NCBI RefSeq assembly: GCF_009914755.1
Contig: NC_060925.1
Direction: 5' to 3' (one strand)
DNA length: 64,000 nucleotides
From: the human T2T-CHM13v2.0 reference genome, Homo sapiens
The translations under genes and the position numbers were made by a program. A model generated the notes under the pieces. The model searched no databases. It was not told the DNA's origin and saw only the letters and a program-made list of their open reading frames with translations. This document shows, one piece after another, positions 29,964 to 46,106 of this stretch (position 1 is its first letter; every line of letters begins with the position of its first letter).

Positions 29964-30917
29964 GTATGTACACACCCAAGCGGGCTGGAACCCTTGGGCC
30001 CTTCACTGTCGGTTCCCCAGTGACCTCTTAAGCCATCTTTGACCTCCTTCTGCCATGCTGCAGGCAGACAATGTCAAGTGGTTGCCTGGTTGCACTAAGC
30101 TCACTCTTACCTCTAGGCCTTTGCAAGTGCGGTTCCCTCTGCCTCAAGCGCTCTCCCCCTTTCCCTTTACCCATGTAGCTCTTACTCATCCCTCAGGCCT
30201 CACCATACACACACTCCTCCAAGCAGCCTTCCCCGACCCCACCCCATCCTGGGTTTAGGGGCTGCATCTGTGCTCGCAGGCTGCATTGAGGTGGCTGTTT
30301 CTTGTCTCACCACCGTGATAGTGGTGGCCGCTGGAGACCTGGAATTGTGTCTGATATTTACCGTGTCTCCCCAGCACCAGCGTGGTGCCCAGCACATAGT
30401 AGGCACTAGACATATTTGCAGAATAAATAAATGAATCAAATTGAATAAATAAGATGATGAGGACTCTGGGCTCTGGCCCAGGAGGTGAGAAAAGCAGCAG
30501 GAGTCCCTCCTTCCTTCTCTTCCTCTCACTCTGTGGCTCCAGACCCCTGTTCTTCCCCAGTGACTCCTCTGGTGGCCTCTTCCCCTTACCCAGTGCCCTC
30601 ATTTCTCCCACCGTCCCATCCTATATCAGGCCAGGGCTGGGGATGTATGTGCCACACACACAGAGATGTCCCCTCCTGAAGGGCCAGAGAGAAAAGTAGA
30701 TCATAGATTCCTCTCTCCACTTGACCTGGGCAGAACCAGTAATCAGGGAGTCGGGGGAGAGCAAGAACCTTAGTCCTTACTTCAGCTCACTCAGCAAAAA
30801 GGAGTTCTAAATGGGTCCAACATTCATTCTCAAACTGTACTCAGTGCGACGCCCTGAGGTTCCTCAGGTGCCTGCCTCTGGGTACAGAGGCCCATCATCA
30901 TATCCCTGCCCTTGTCA

Positions 30918-31660
<743 letters not shown>

Positions 31661-31664
31661 CATG

Positions 31665-32360
31665 TCATAAATGCAGAAGCGTGTGGTATATTTGAAGATG
31701 AAAGTGCTATAGGAAAAAGACAAAGTGGAACAGTAACGGACCGAGAGTTGTGGGGATCAGGGTGGTGTTTTTAAATAGGACAGCTTGGGTTGGCCTCACT
31801 GACAGGGTTTGACTTGCACAAAGATACAGAGGAGCTGAGAGAGTGAGCTGCTCAGAGGTATCTGAGGGAAAAGCATTCCAGGAAGAGGGAACAGCCAATA
31901 CAAAGGTCTTGAGGCTGGAGCTTCCTGGCAGGTTTCGGGAACAGCAGAGGCCAGTGTGACTGGAGCAGAGCAAAGAGAGAAATGGAAGCTTTGAGGGAGT
32001 CCAACGTGCAGATGCTCATCAGGCTCAGCAAAGCCTTGGCTTTTCCCTGAGTGAAATGGGGAGCTGCTGGAAGGTTCTGAGCAGAGGGATGACATGCTCC
32101 AAGTTACGGCCTTGGCGGGACTTCTCTGGCTGCTGTCTGGAGAATGGACCAACGGGGCTGATGCAAGGAGACCAGTGGGGTGGCTGTTGGAAGAATCCAG
32201 GGAAGACATGATGGTGGCCAGACCGAGTGGCAGGGAGAAGGTAGTGGGAAGTGGTTGGATTCTGACATATTTCAAAAGCAGAGCCACTAGATTTGCTGCA
32301 GGACTGGATGTGGGTACGTAAGAATGAGCAGAGTCTAGGAGCTCCAGGTACGAAGCCTCT
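31665..32360 (-). mobile_element. L2 fragment
   Basis: gcattccaggaagagggaacagc...ggccagtgtgactggagcagag...tttgctgcaggactggatgtggg. Confidence 0.75.
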
Positions 32361-32414
32361 GGGTAAGACATGGTTTGAAGTAAAAGTTCCTGGGCTTAAA
32401 AATAGTTTGGGGCT

Positions 32415-33000
<586 letters not shown>

Positions 33001-33194
33001 TAGTTTGGGGCATATATGTAAAACTAGTTAAGCCATTAAAATTTCCAGAAGATAATTTAGGCAACTATTAACCAATACAGAAATAGAAAAGGACCTTCTA
33101 AACATGAAAGCAATTGATAACTCCTAAGAAAAAGATGGACACATTTAACTACACAGAAATAAAAGTCACCTGTACATTAAAAATAAAGGTCATA

Positions 33195-33797
33195 GGCCAG
33201 GTGCCATGGTTCATGCCTGTATTCCCAGCACTTTGGGAGGCTGAGGTGGGAGGATCACTTGAGTCCAGGAGTTCGAGACCAGCCTGGGCAACATAGCAAA
33301 ACCCCATATCTACAAAAAATGTAAAAATTAGCCAGGCATGGTGGCACACACCTGTAGTCCCAAGCTACTCAGGAGGCTGAGGTGAGAGGATCATTCAAGC
33401 CCAGGAGGTCAAGGCTGCAGTGAACCATGGTCTCACCACTGCACTCCAGCCTGGGTGACAGAGTGAGACCCTGTCCCAAGAAAAATGAAAAATAAGGCCG
33501 GGTGCGGTAGCTCACGCCTGTAATCCCAGCACTTTAGGAGGCCAAGGCGGGTGGATTACCTGAGGTCAGGAATTCAAGACCAGCCTGGCCAACATGGTAA
33601 AACCCCGTCTCTACTAAAAATACAAAAATTAGCTGGGTGTGGTGGTGCACGCCTGTAATCCCAGCTACTCAGGAGGCTGAGGCAGGAGAATTGCTTGAAC
33701 CTGGGAGGCGAAGGTTGCAGTGAGCTGAGATCACGTCACTGCACTCCAGCCTGGGGAACAGAGCAAGACTCCTCAAACAAAAAAAAGAAAAAGAAAG
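33195..33797 (+). mobile_element. AluJ (33195-33494) followed by AluS (33496-33797)
   Basis: Consensus match. Confidence 0.93.
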
Positions 33798-35288
33798 ATT
33801 ATAAATTATGTCATCCCCTCTTATTGCCCCAAGTAATGAAATCGTGATCATAGATGTGGCTAGACGTACTGCGTGCATTCTGTGTGCCAAGAATTGTTTC
33901 AATGCTTTACATGTATTTATTCATTTGATCCTTATAATTTCTCACTTTGAATAGGGGGAAACTGAGGCACAGAGGTTGCACAGCTGCTCAGGGATGGAGC
34001 AGGGGTATGAACTCCAGCTGTCTGGCTGAAGAGCTGGCATCCTGTGCTGGCTCCATTCTGCTGAGCTGGAATGGGATAGGCTCCCATGCTCCGTCTCCTG
34101 GAGCCATTGGGGAGCATTGCTATGTGGTTTGTGAGTCAGTAATAAGGAAACAGGTGAGGTCTATTTTTAAGAGAGACCCCAGGGTTTGTTCCTAGATCAG
34201 CACATTTTAAGGCCTAAGATCCCCCTCCCTGCATCCTAAGCTCTAACGTTAGATCCAAGCAGAACTTTGTTCTGTTCAAAGCACTGCCAGCCCTGTGATC
34301 CCATATCCACCCAGCCACCCTGCGTGGTCAGGACAGAGGAGGAAGCTGAGGCCCAGAGATCCATGTGACTGGCCTGTAATCACCCACATGGCCCCATGGT
34401 TTCCATCATTCAGCAGGTGCTGAGTGAGTACCAAGGTCTGTGATGCCTGGATATGGAGCCAGAGGGACTGACCTGGTTTTCATCCCTATTCTGCCACTGG
34501 CCAGCTGGGTGACCTCGGGGAAGCCATCAAACCTCTCTGAGCCTTGACATCTTTATATGGGAAGTAGCAAGAATGATACTTTTGTCACAGAATTGTGAGG
34601 ATTAAATGAATTAAGGGACATTAAAGTGCTTTGGAATAATATTTAATAATAGCCAGCTCTTCTTTGCAACAGTTTACAATTATTCAGCACTTTCCTTTTG
34701 CCAACTACTGTACTGAGCCCTTTAAAAAGATACTCTCGTTTAATCTTGCAACCCCCTTAGGAGGTAGGTATTGTTTATTATACCCATCGGGTAGGTGAAA
34801 AAAGTGAGACACAGAGGTTAAGTAACTTGCCCAAGGGCACACTGCTGGATCAACACAGTGGTTGATCCTGGCTTCAAACTCACAAAGCAGCTGATTTGTG
34901 ACCAGAATTAGCAGCGGTGCCAGAATTCAGACCCAGAACTCTGTACACTGGTTCCTCTTCCCTCCTTGTGAATTTCGCATTTGAGGGCAGAGCAACAGCC
35001 AGTGGCCGACACCCGTAAATCATCCAAACAACAGCCCAGGATTTTCTGTAGCCTTTGCCTGCAGAGGTCCTCACCCGACCTCGGTTCAGCAAGTGCCCCT
35101 TCTGAGAGCCAGGCTTGTTGGAGGCTCTGGCCACCAGGCACTCACTCACCTTCTATTCCAAGAGACAGACTGGGGAAGCACCTGGGAGAAATTGGCAGCC
35201 TGAGGGTTACAAGTGGAGACTCTGTAGCCGGCCTGGGTTCAAACCCCACTTCTGCCATTTATTAGCTGTTTTGATGTCATTTAACTTC

Positions 35289-35620
<332 letters not shown>

Positions 35621-36974
35621 ATTTAACCTTTCTTATGCCAATTTCCTCGTCTGAAAAACAGGCATCACATGTGATTGTACCAAATGAAATTGCTATTTTT
35701 GTAGGTCAGAAACAGTTAAATATTGACAGTTTCATAAGGTATCAGCCTAATAATGGCACTTACCTGGTAGGGTTGTTAGGAGGATTAATTGGATTAAAAA
35801 CTATAAAGTGCCTAGAACAAGGCCTGGCACCCAGTAAATCTACGCTGAATGTATATTCAATAAGTGTTTACTAAGCATCTACTGTATACCACCTTCACAT
35901 AAGTACTCCAGAGCCAACATTCTAAAGCAAGGGCTTATAGCTTTGGGTCTAAAGACCCCTAGAGCTTCCAATACCCCAAAATTATATGTGAAATATGGGA
36001 GCATACACACACAGGAATACTTTTCCAAGGAGCAGATTCATAATTTTCATCAAATTCTCAAAGACATTCAAGACACGTAGTAATGCTATTATGTGTTCAA
36101 TAAGCACTTTTTACTTATTGGGCACCCACTGTGTGCCAGGCCCTGGGATTCAGCATGAACAAGACAGACACAGCCTCAGTCTTCCTGGGGAAAAGGGTAA
36201 ACTAAGCCCTCACGGGCAGCAGAGTCTTCCAGAAAGGAGTGTCAGGGGGCTGTGGGCATGAGTATCTGGGAACCCCGGTACAAGGTAGAAAAGCCACACA
36301 GACATCAAGATCATAAGAGTGGGTGTGGACTCAGGACTGTGGGAGCCTGAGGAGAGGGTACAGGTCTCCACTGGAGCAATCCAGGCAGTCTTCACAGAGG
36401 GGATGGCATTTGATCTGGTCACAAAAAGAAAGAGAGAGTGTTCCAGGTAGAGAGCACAACATGAACAAAAGCATGGAGGCAGGAAATAATGAAGTGTGTC
36501 TGAAACCCCTGGGTCAATAAGTCCTGTGAGCAGGCATCTAGGGAGCAGGGAGCTGGAAGTGAGGCCAATCCACGGAGAGCTGGGAATGCCAGGCAGGGGC
36601 ATGCAGCTTTGTCCTGCAAGCAACAGAGGCCCTCTTGACCAGTGCTGCTGGCCACAGCATGACGATGGCATCCAGTTGCTTGGCAGTGGAGGTGACCAAG
36701 GAGGGTTTGAGCTGCTGTACTTCCTCTTACCTCCCTGAGTCAACCCATTCCTGTCCTCTATCCCCATCAGAAAGGGCCTCCCTGAGTCATGTTGGGAGGG
36801 AGGCTGAAAGCCAGTTGTCAAGAACCACAGGGCATGCATTGAGTCTGAGCAAGCAAGAGAGCATCCCCAGGAAGCCGATGCCCTGGCTCTGAGAAGGCTG
36901 ATGGGGAAAGAGGTGATCATGGCGGAATACTCCAGCAGGCAGCATGGACCAGATTCTGGTTGTATTTCATCCAG

Positions 36975-37235
36975 GAGGCAGTGAACATGGTGATTAGGAG
37001 TACTGGCCCCAGGCTCAAGTCTAACAGACCTGGCTTCAAATCCTGGCTGTGCCATTTGCTAGCTGTGTGGCCTTGGCCAGATGACTTAGCTTCTCAGAGC
37101 CACAATTTCCTTATGTGTGAAATGGGAATAATGGTCCTTTCCTCCAAGAGTTTTTGAGTGGAGAAGCTAAGGCATATAAAGAGCCTGGCATGGTGTTGGG
37201 CACAAAGGGCTCAGTAAGTGACAGCTGCTATTATG
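36975..37235 (+). mobile_element. MIR
   Basis: acagacctggcttcaaatcctggctgtgccatttgctagctgtgtggccttgg. Confidence 0.8.
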
Positions 37236-37499
37236 ATTCTGTCTGTGTCATTTGGATTCTGCTCAGCCCTATAGACATTGAGTGTCTGCTGTGTGCAGAG
37301 CTTTATGCGTGTGCCAGGGGAGGGAGAAATCAGAAAAAAAACATGTGTCCATTTCCTCCTCCCAGGCACTCACAGTCTTGGATGGTGGTTCTTAACCTCT
37401 TTGGGGGCCTCAGACTCCTGGGAGACTCTGCTGAAAGTTTTGGAGCCTATGGCCAGAAAAACATATACATGTATAAAATTATTAAAAGTCCAGAGGTCA

Positions 37500-37875
<376 letters not shown>

Positions 37876-38095
37876 TTATTTCCATAACTTTTGGACTTTA
37901 GAAGCAGCATGAATTACTTTTTGAATAGAAAAGGACAATCATAATAAATGCATCCCATCTCAGGAGGTTACCAGATCTCCTACTGCTCATACTTAGGACT
38001 GCTAAGTAGCTCACAGACCCAAATTAAGAAACCCTGACCTCAAGGGTTAAACAAATACCCACACAAATAATCCCAAATAAAGCTAACGTGTTAGA

Positions 38096-38283
38096 GCAGC
38101 GGTTGACAAATTTTTCTGTAAGGGAACAGATAGTAAATATTTTAGGCCTTATGGGTCTCTCTTGTAACTACCCAACTCTGCTGTCATAGCTTAATAACAG
38201 CCACAGGCAAAGGAATGAGCATGGCTGTGTTCCAATAATACTTTATTTACAAAATAGGCTATAAGCCAATTCGCCAACCCCTA
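38096..38283. mobile_element. MER58A-like hAT MITE
   Basis: ttctgtaagggaacagatagtaaatattttaggc...ggctgtgttccaataatactttatttacaaaa. Confidence 0.8.
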
Positions 38284-39484
38284 TATTACATGCTCTAATG
38301 CCTAGATTCCTGGAATGTCTAAAATAGAGGCCAAGAGTGGTCAACTCATATGTCCAAGGTCACACAGCTGAGCAGGGTTGATGGCCTCACGCACCAACCA
38401 GCCAAGCCTTATGGTGACCCAAGGATTTCAACTGCCAACTCCTAGAACTTCTACCTCCAAAGTTGCAGCTCCCGGAGTGGCAGGAGAATGTGAGCAGGAT
38501 GCTGGAAGAGCCAGAGGAAAGCCTGGGCTCAGGGAGGACTGGGAGGTCTGGATGTTGGAAGACCAGCTGCCTATCTGGGAGGCGGAAGATGGATGGGTCA
38601 TCTTTCCCTTCTTTCAAAGCATTTTGCCGACTCAGTGCTGGCTGTTCAGAATTGGGTCTTTGACATCCAGGTTACCTTCTTCTCTTAGTGCATAAAAAAA
38701 TAAGTGTTGGACAGAAGAGAGGGAGAACAAAAAATAATAATAATAATAAAACTAAAATATGCATCAGATCAGGAATCAAATGCCCCATGTCTAGCTTCAT
38801 GCTGATTACCAGAAAATCAGGGATCCAGAAGGGGTTAAGACTTGGCTAGAGGGGGACCTGGGAGGTGGCCCAGCAGCTGTGGACACTCAGTCCCTGGTGA
38901 GTGGGGCGGCCCCTCAAGGCTCTGGGGGCCCATTTGGGAAGGCTGGGCAGCTAGAAAGGGACCCTGGGGGAAGAGGAGGCTTGAATTAGGCCTGGAGAGA
39001 CAAGGAGGAGCTCTCCTTAGCAGAACCCCAAAGACAACACGGTCTATTGCCTGCTGTTTCTGTATTTTAGTTCCAATTCGCTCCCTTCCTTTTTGCCCCC
39101 TTCTTCGTTTACGTTGCACCCCTTGATTCTGTATCACCTATCGATCCGTTTATCCATCTGTGCCCATGCCCATACCAGACATTGCTTATCAGTCCTGACA
39201 GTCTCAGCTGCTCCAGAAAACCACTGTTGATCAGTGAGAGTTGGAACAAGAGCTAAGACCTATCTGCCACCCCTGCTGGTCTCTGTTCCCCTCACCTCCT
39301 ACTCAGTTCACGCCCATCTGCTCAGTAAGCCCCAGAGAGGTCAAGTGACCTGCAGGGAGTTGCCCAGTTCTTATGGGGGCCACATGGGAGTGGATTTCCC
39401 TCCATGGAGGGACTGGCTCCCGCTTTTCCTTTTTGTGTGCATCTTGAGTCAGTCCATATGACAGAGCCTGGTCTTGTCCCCCAG

Positions 39485-39607
39485 TGACCCCAGGCATGAA
39501 GATCTACATCGATCCTTTCACCTACGAGGACCCCAACGAGGCAGTGCGGGAGTTTGCCAAGGAAATTGACATCTCCTGTGTCAAAATTGAGCAGGTGATC
39601 GGAGCAG
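39485..39607 (+). CDS. EPHB2: EPHB2 coding exon 10 (juxtamembrane tyrosines, kinase start)
   Basis: ccccag|TG ACC: (M)[40 protein letters not shown](G); G|gtaggt; 123 nt. Confidence 0.97.
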
Positions 39608-40207
39608 GTAGGTGGCTGGTACTCTCACATGTACTATGACCTTAGCCATGGCTGGTGAGACCACCCCAATGTATACCCTTGGGGCAGAAGGTAGGATGTG
39701 GGACAGGCGCCTCAAAGGACCCCCCAAGGCCTGAAGGTTCAGAATGACCATGAAAGAAGGGCCCTCAAAGGTCATCCAGTAAAACCACCTCACTGACAAA
39801 AGAGGAAACTGAGGCACAGGGCTGGGAGGGGACATGCACAGTGAGTCAGAGATTGAGCTGGGTCTGGAGCCCACTTCTCTGGACTCTTGGTCCAGTGCTT
39901 TTCCTTCCTCCCCCCATGTATCCCAGTGCCTTTTCCCATCTCCCAGGTTCCCCTGCACCCTCACCCCCATGCCCAGCCAGGGATAACCAGAGAACAACCA
40001 TGAGGAATTTACTGTCCTCTCCCAGAGGTGACTGGAACTTTTCTGGACCCCTGACATTCTTGAAGGGGTTCTGTGTCTGCAAGGATGAGTGGGCCATTGA
40101 GAAGAAAATGTACCTGCAGGCCCCGTGAGTGGACATGACAGGGAACAGGAAGGTGGCCCTTCCACCTGGCAAGTGACATCCTGTCTGTCTTGGTGTTTCT
40201 CTCTCAG

Positions 40208-40455
40208 GGGAGTTTGGCGAGGTCTGCAGTGGCCACCTGAAGCTGCCAGGCAAGAGAGAGATCTTTGTGGCCATCAAGACGCTCAAGTCGGGCTACACGG
40301 AGAAGCAGCGCCGGGACTTCCTGAGCGAAGCCTCCATCATGGGCCAGTTCGACCATCCCAACGTCATCCACCTGGAGGGTGTCGTGACCAAGAGCACACC
40401 TGTGATGATCATCACCGAGTTCATGGAGAATGGCTCCCTGGACTCCTTTCTCCGG
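40208..40455 (+). CDS. EPHB2: EPHB2 coding exon 11 (kinase N-lobe, VAIK)
   Basis: ctcag|GG GAG: [82 protein letters not shown]; CGG|gtaggg; 248 nt. Confidence 0.97.
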
Positions 40456-41450
40456 GTAGGGGAAGCCAAGAGGGCCAGGGGCCCATGAATGGGGCAGGAA
40501 AAGGAACGATGGACATAGCTTCATACTGTCAGAGCCTGAAGGGGTCTTGGAAAAGCTCTAGGTCAGGAATGGCTTGCAGGCTGTCACTTTCCATTCCCTT
40601 ATCCGTGGCAGGCACTGCTAATCAATCCCAGCACTCTCATCCACTAAGCCCAGAGGCAGTCCCAGAATTCTTCTCAGTATGGTTCCCCAGGAAGCCACAA
40701 TCAGTTGATCAGAGTTGGCACACATCTGAAATCTGTTTCCATTCCTGCTCTTAGCCAGCCTTCTCATTATGCACAGGAGAAAACGGGCTCAAAGAGAGGT
40801 AGGATTTGCCCAGAGTCACCCAGAGGGTCAAGATGAGGCCTGGACTGGAACCAAGTGTCTTGACCTCTCATCCAGGTTTTCACCAGATTTTGGAGTTCTC
40901 CAAAGCTCTATAGGCTGGTGGGAGGAGTTCAGAGCACAAGGCCAACAGAGGAAAGTGTATAGGCCTCCCAGGAGACCAAGTCAACCAACCAGACAAAGCA
41001 CCAGACTGGACATCAGAAGCAGGCCAGTGGACCAGCTGCCATTCAGTAAATATTTGTGAAGCACCTAACATGTGCCAGGCACCTTCCATACACCTTCTTG
41101 TATAACCCAGAATAGCCCTGGGGGATGGGTGTGATTTAGGCCCATTTAACACACAGATGAGGAAACTGAGACTCAGAGGTATTAGGTCACATGTCCAAGG
41201 TTGCACAGCCGAGAAGGAACAAAGCCAGAGTCAAACCAAGCGTGTCTGCTTCAAAGCCTGTGTTCTCACCACCACTCTGAAGTTGGCCTCTGACGGGCCT
41301 CTCTGGGGTCCCAAAGCATCTGAGTCCTTCCCCAGGGGAGCCCAGAGCCAGGCTGGCAGGGCCCTGCTCTGGTTTCCCATTATGAGGATGATGCAGAGCT
41401 CTGATGCCTGCTCTTCTGTTTACTCTGTGTTTTCCCCACTTCTCCCAAAG

Positions 41451-41666
41451 CAAAACGATGGGCAGTTCACAGTCATCCAGCTGGTGGGCATGCTTCGGGG
41501 CATCGCAGCTGGCATGAAGTACCTGGCAGACATGAACTATGTTCACCGTGACCTGGCTGCCCGCAACATCCTCGTCAACAGCAACCTGGTCTGCAAGGTG
41601 TCGGACTTTGGGCTCTCACGCTTTCTAGAGGACGATACCTCAGACCCCACCTACACCAGTGCCCTG
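41451..41666 (+). CDS. EPHB2: EPHB2 coding exon 12 ([11 protein letters not shown])
   Basis: cccaaag|CAA: [72 protein letters not shown]; CTG|gtaaga; 216 nt. Confidence 0.97.
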
Positions 41667-42519
41667 GTAAGATGGAGGCAGGGAACACCGGAGTCACAGA
41701 GCCAGAGAAGAGGGCATGAGTGTCCATCTCTCCCTGCAAGACACTTTCACTAACGCCCAATTGGGCCAAGCACTGTCCTGGGCCCTGGAGACAGGAAGAC
41801 AGGAACCACAGCTCCTGCCCTCTTGCAATTCCCACACTGGTGGGGAACAAATGTGCAGAGCCATGTGGAGTGACAGGGCTGTAAGCCAGGACAGCCAGCC
41901 TTGGAGGCAGAGGAAGGCTTGCTAGAGAGGTTGATATCTGAGCTGAGAGCGGAAGGGCCCGGAAACGTTTGTCAGATGCCATGTTCTCATGGCAAAGTCC
42001 TGTGACAGGAATACAGGCTGTAGGGGCAGTGGTAGTGAGCAGTCACGCTGGAGAGGTAGACAGGGCTGGACCTTGGAGCTCCTGGAATGCCCAGGTTCAG
42101 GACTCTCTCCTGAAAGCAGCAAGGGTTGTTGAAGGTTTAAACTGAAAGGACAAAGAGCCCAGAGATGGGTGCAAGTAGGCAAGTCACTTGAGTACTGTGC
42201 CATGTGAGACATGCCTCCTTGATGGGGAGACATAAGGCACAGCTGTGGGATTGAGGGCAGCTGACAATTCTTTGGGAGCTCAGAAAGGCTTTTGGAGGGA
42301 CTTGAGGATGAGAAGGAGGTTTCCAGATGGCAGAGTGGGAAAAGGCACTTCATGCAGAGGGCGCAAATGCCCAGTGGTCTGAAGCTGCATGGTAAGTTTG
42401 GGGCACAATGAGGTGCCTCATGAGATTGGGGCATCACAGGGCACAGGGTGGGAGGATTAAGAGAAGAGGTCAGACAGGCCAGCCTCCCACCCACAAACCC
42501 TCCTCTTTCTGTCTCCCAG

Positions 42520-42669
42520 GGCGGAAAGATCCCCATCCGCTGGACAGCCCCGGAAGCCATCCAGTACCGGAAGTTCACCTCGGCCAGTGATGTGTGGAGC
42601 TACGGCATTGTCATGTGGGAGGTGATGTCCTATGGGGAGCGGCCCTACTGGGACATGACCAACCAGGAT
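42520..42669 (+). CDS. EPHB2: EPHB2 coding exon 13 (kinase C-lobe)
   Basis: cccag|GGC: [50 protein letters not shown]; GAT|gtaagt; 150 nt. Confidence 0.97.
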
Positions 42670-43879
42670 GTAAGTCTCCAAGGGGATAGGCAAGGCCTCT
42701 CTGGCCCACCAGATGGGAGAGGGAAGATCGGGGCTCCTGGCCTTGTGCCAGTCTCCCAGAGTGTGGGACATAGGCTTCTGAGATCATGGGCCTGGCTCCC
42801 AGGGCAGCTGCCAGCCCAATGGTGGCTGATTCGAATGTCTGCACAGGACTCTGGACTCTCCAGGGGGTAGGAAGTAGGAAAGGCCACCCATCCACACATC
42901 AGCACGTCTTCAGGACGCATGCACCTGTGGCCAGCCCCAAATGAGACCACATCTGCCCTTCAGGTGTTCACCACCTAACTGGGGGACAAGACGATTATTC
43001 AGGGAACCAGATGTTATGATCAGGAGCTTTTACGATCAGGTGCTAAATCAGAGTAGCCTGGAGGCACTGAGGCACCGGCAGCATGGGCAAGATCAGCCAG
43101 GAAGTGATCGCAGGACAAGTGGGGTTCGAAAGGTCGCAGGACATGGAGACTTGAGGGCTTCCAGTGGGAAAGAACAGTGTGTGCAAAGGCTGGGGTGGGC
43201 TAATGCGGGGTTGAAGCCAAACCAAGGGATCTCCATTAGCAAAAATGAAGACAGGAAGGACTCGAAGAAACTTCTTACACAGGGAGGGTGACCCACAGTT
43301 GAGCTGTGGAAGGTGAATCTGGCCATGGTGGCAGGACAGGCTGAGAGGGGTGTTTGGATGCATTTCCTTGACAGAGAAGCAGGTGGAGATGGTGGGAGGG
43401 AGCCCCAGCCAGGCTTGAGGCCATGGTGTGGGCCTGATAGAGGGAGGTATCTCACACCTGGAGCTGTAAATGGCACTAAAATCAAGCATGTGGCCATGTG
43501 GGGTCAAGCAAGGAGGCAGACTGGGGAGGCCTTGGGGTCATCCAAGCCAAGAGGGGGCTCACAGGATGGGAGGAGCTGGTGGAACCAGGCACAGGAGGAT
43601 CATCTTGGTGGACCCTGGGGAGAAGCTATCTCAGGGCACTGGATTTCCCAAGATTGGCAAAGGGTGGGGCAGGAACCCAGCTGCCATGTCAGATTGAGGG
43701 TCTAGATGGTGGAAACCCAGGTCATCCCATCCCTGGGGCTGCCTCCAGGAGGTGAAAGTGGTTGCCACAGCAACTAAATAGGTCAGACGTGCAATGTACT
43801 GGGGGTAAGATGGGCCTGGCAGAGGGTAGATGCCCTCAGCCCATCCACCCAACCCCACTGCACTCCTGCATTGTCCCAG

Positions 43880-44073
43880 GTAATCAATGCCATTGAGCAG
43901 GACTATCGGCTGCCACCGCCCATGGACTGCCCGAGCGCCCTGCACCAACTCATGCTGGACTGTTGGCAGAAGGACCGCAACCACCGGCCCAAGTTCGGCC
44001 AAATTGTCAACACGCTAGACAAGATGATCCGCAATCCCAACAGCCTCAAAGCCATGGCGCCCCTCTCCTCTGG
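43880..44073 (+). CDS. EPHB2: EPHB2 coding exon 14 (kinase end)
   Basis: cccag|GTA: [64 protein letters not shown](G); GG|gtaagg; 194 nt. Confidence 0.97.
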
Positions 44074-44353
44074 GTAAGGCCCCACCCTGGCCCTGCCCCA
44101 GCCAGGCCCTGCCCCTCTTCCCGTCTCCCATCCCTTCTGCCCCCACTTCAGGCAAATGCTCTTCCTTACTGCAGCTTGGGATGGGGAAGGACAGGACTAG
44201 TGTTTATTGGGTACCTGCCCTGCCTTAGGGGTGCAGGAGAGCAGAGGACGCAGACTGCCCAGAGGAAGAAAAGGACATATACCCTGTGGGTGCAGAGGAG
44301 GCATCTTTTAAAGCATGGTCAGAGAGGACAATGAAGAAAAATTACCAAAGGAA

Positions 44354-44751
<398 letters not shown>

Positions 44752-45920
44752 CTACCCTCACGCTCAAACCTGGACCCTCTAACTTCCATTTATAACTTCA
44801 TCACACACATGCTAACACAAATCCAGTCCTACATGCACAGATGAACACACAATTAGGCACAAACACTCATGCCTCTTCACACACACAGTCTCAGGCTCTC
44901 ACACCTACACACATCCATAGGCACCTGCACACACACACCCATTCAGAAGTTTGTACTCACCATACACCCATCTGTGCCCCCACACTGAGTCAGCATCCCC
45001 ATGCCTGAGAGACGGGCTCAGCCTGAGGGGTGTTCGCTTGGGGACCTGGTGCCTCCCTTCTCCTCAAGGCTCAAGCCTCCCAGGGCAGGCTCCATGAGGC
45101 AGCAGCTCTCCTCTGCCTTCCTTGGGTGGCTGTCACAGGTCACACTGCTGCCCCTGCACACACTTACTCCTCAGGACCCACAACCCCACAGGGTTTCAGA
45201 GGGGCATCTGGCCAGGTATACTTAGGATCTAGGGCTGGCTGTAGCCAAGTCCTTAGGAAGGACTTGGGCCAAAGTCCTTCTTCCAGCATGTTCTTATGAG
45301 TGGGAGATCATCATGCTTCCCTCTGCCTGTCTCTCCTCACCATGACCCTGTGTCAGCCACCCCTAACTCTCCAGATCAAATCCCTCTGAGCTTTAAACCT
45401 CATGAGAGCCATTTCACTCCTTGCCAGCCAAGAAGTCATTCCCATTAGCGCCACCAGCCTTAGCTGGGCTTTGGAGATACAGTCTCTGGACAGTCCAGAA
45501 GGTGAGCTTCCTATAGCACAAACCAGGGTGGAGAAGGATGGAGAATGGCACTGGGAGAGGAAACTGTGAATAACCAGAATAGTTAGTCTAGCTGAAATCC
45601 CTCCTCCTGAAAATAAGCATGGAGCTGCGTCTTCCCCTCCTCACTTCCGAGGTCCAGCCTCTTGGCCATCCCTGCAGTGCCTTCCCTAGACTTCCCAGTT
45701 GGCCCCAGCTTTGAGTTCTGCACACACACTCACTCTCGCATGCTCACATATATATGCGTGCATGTTTCCACAGGTTCAAACCCATGCCCGCAATCATGCA
45801 GAAATACTCACGTACATACCCCTTCACCTGTGTTCACATAAATGGATGCACACGTGCACATTCACGCATACGCAGCCTACAGGCATGTCCCTGCACGCTC
45901 CCTGCAAACAGGTGCCCTGA

Positions 45921-46106
<186 letters not shown>

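Noticed and set aside
36210-37055. 281-aa minus strand ORF
   Set aside because: Starts in a MIR, crosses L2-like sequence, no domain signature
40125-40754. 209-aa alternative-frame ORF over exon 11 (and 218-aa antisense ORF 41922-42578)
   Set aside because: Shadow frames of GC3-rich coding exons extending into introns
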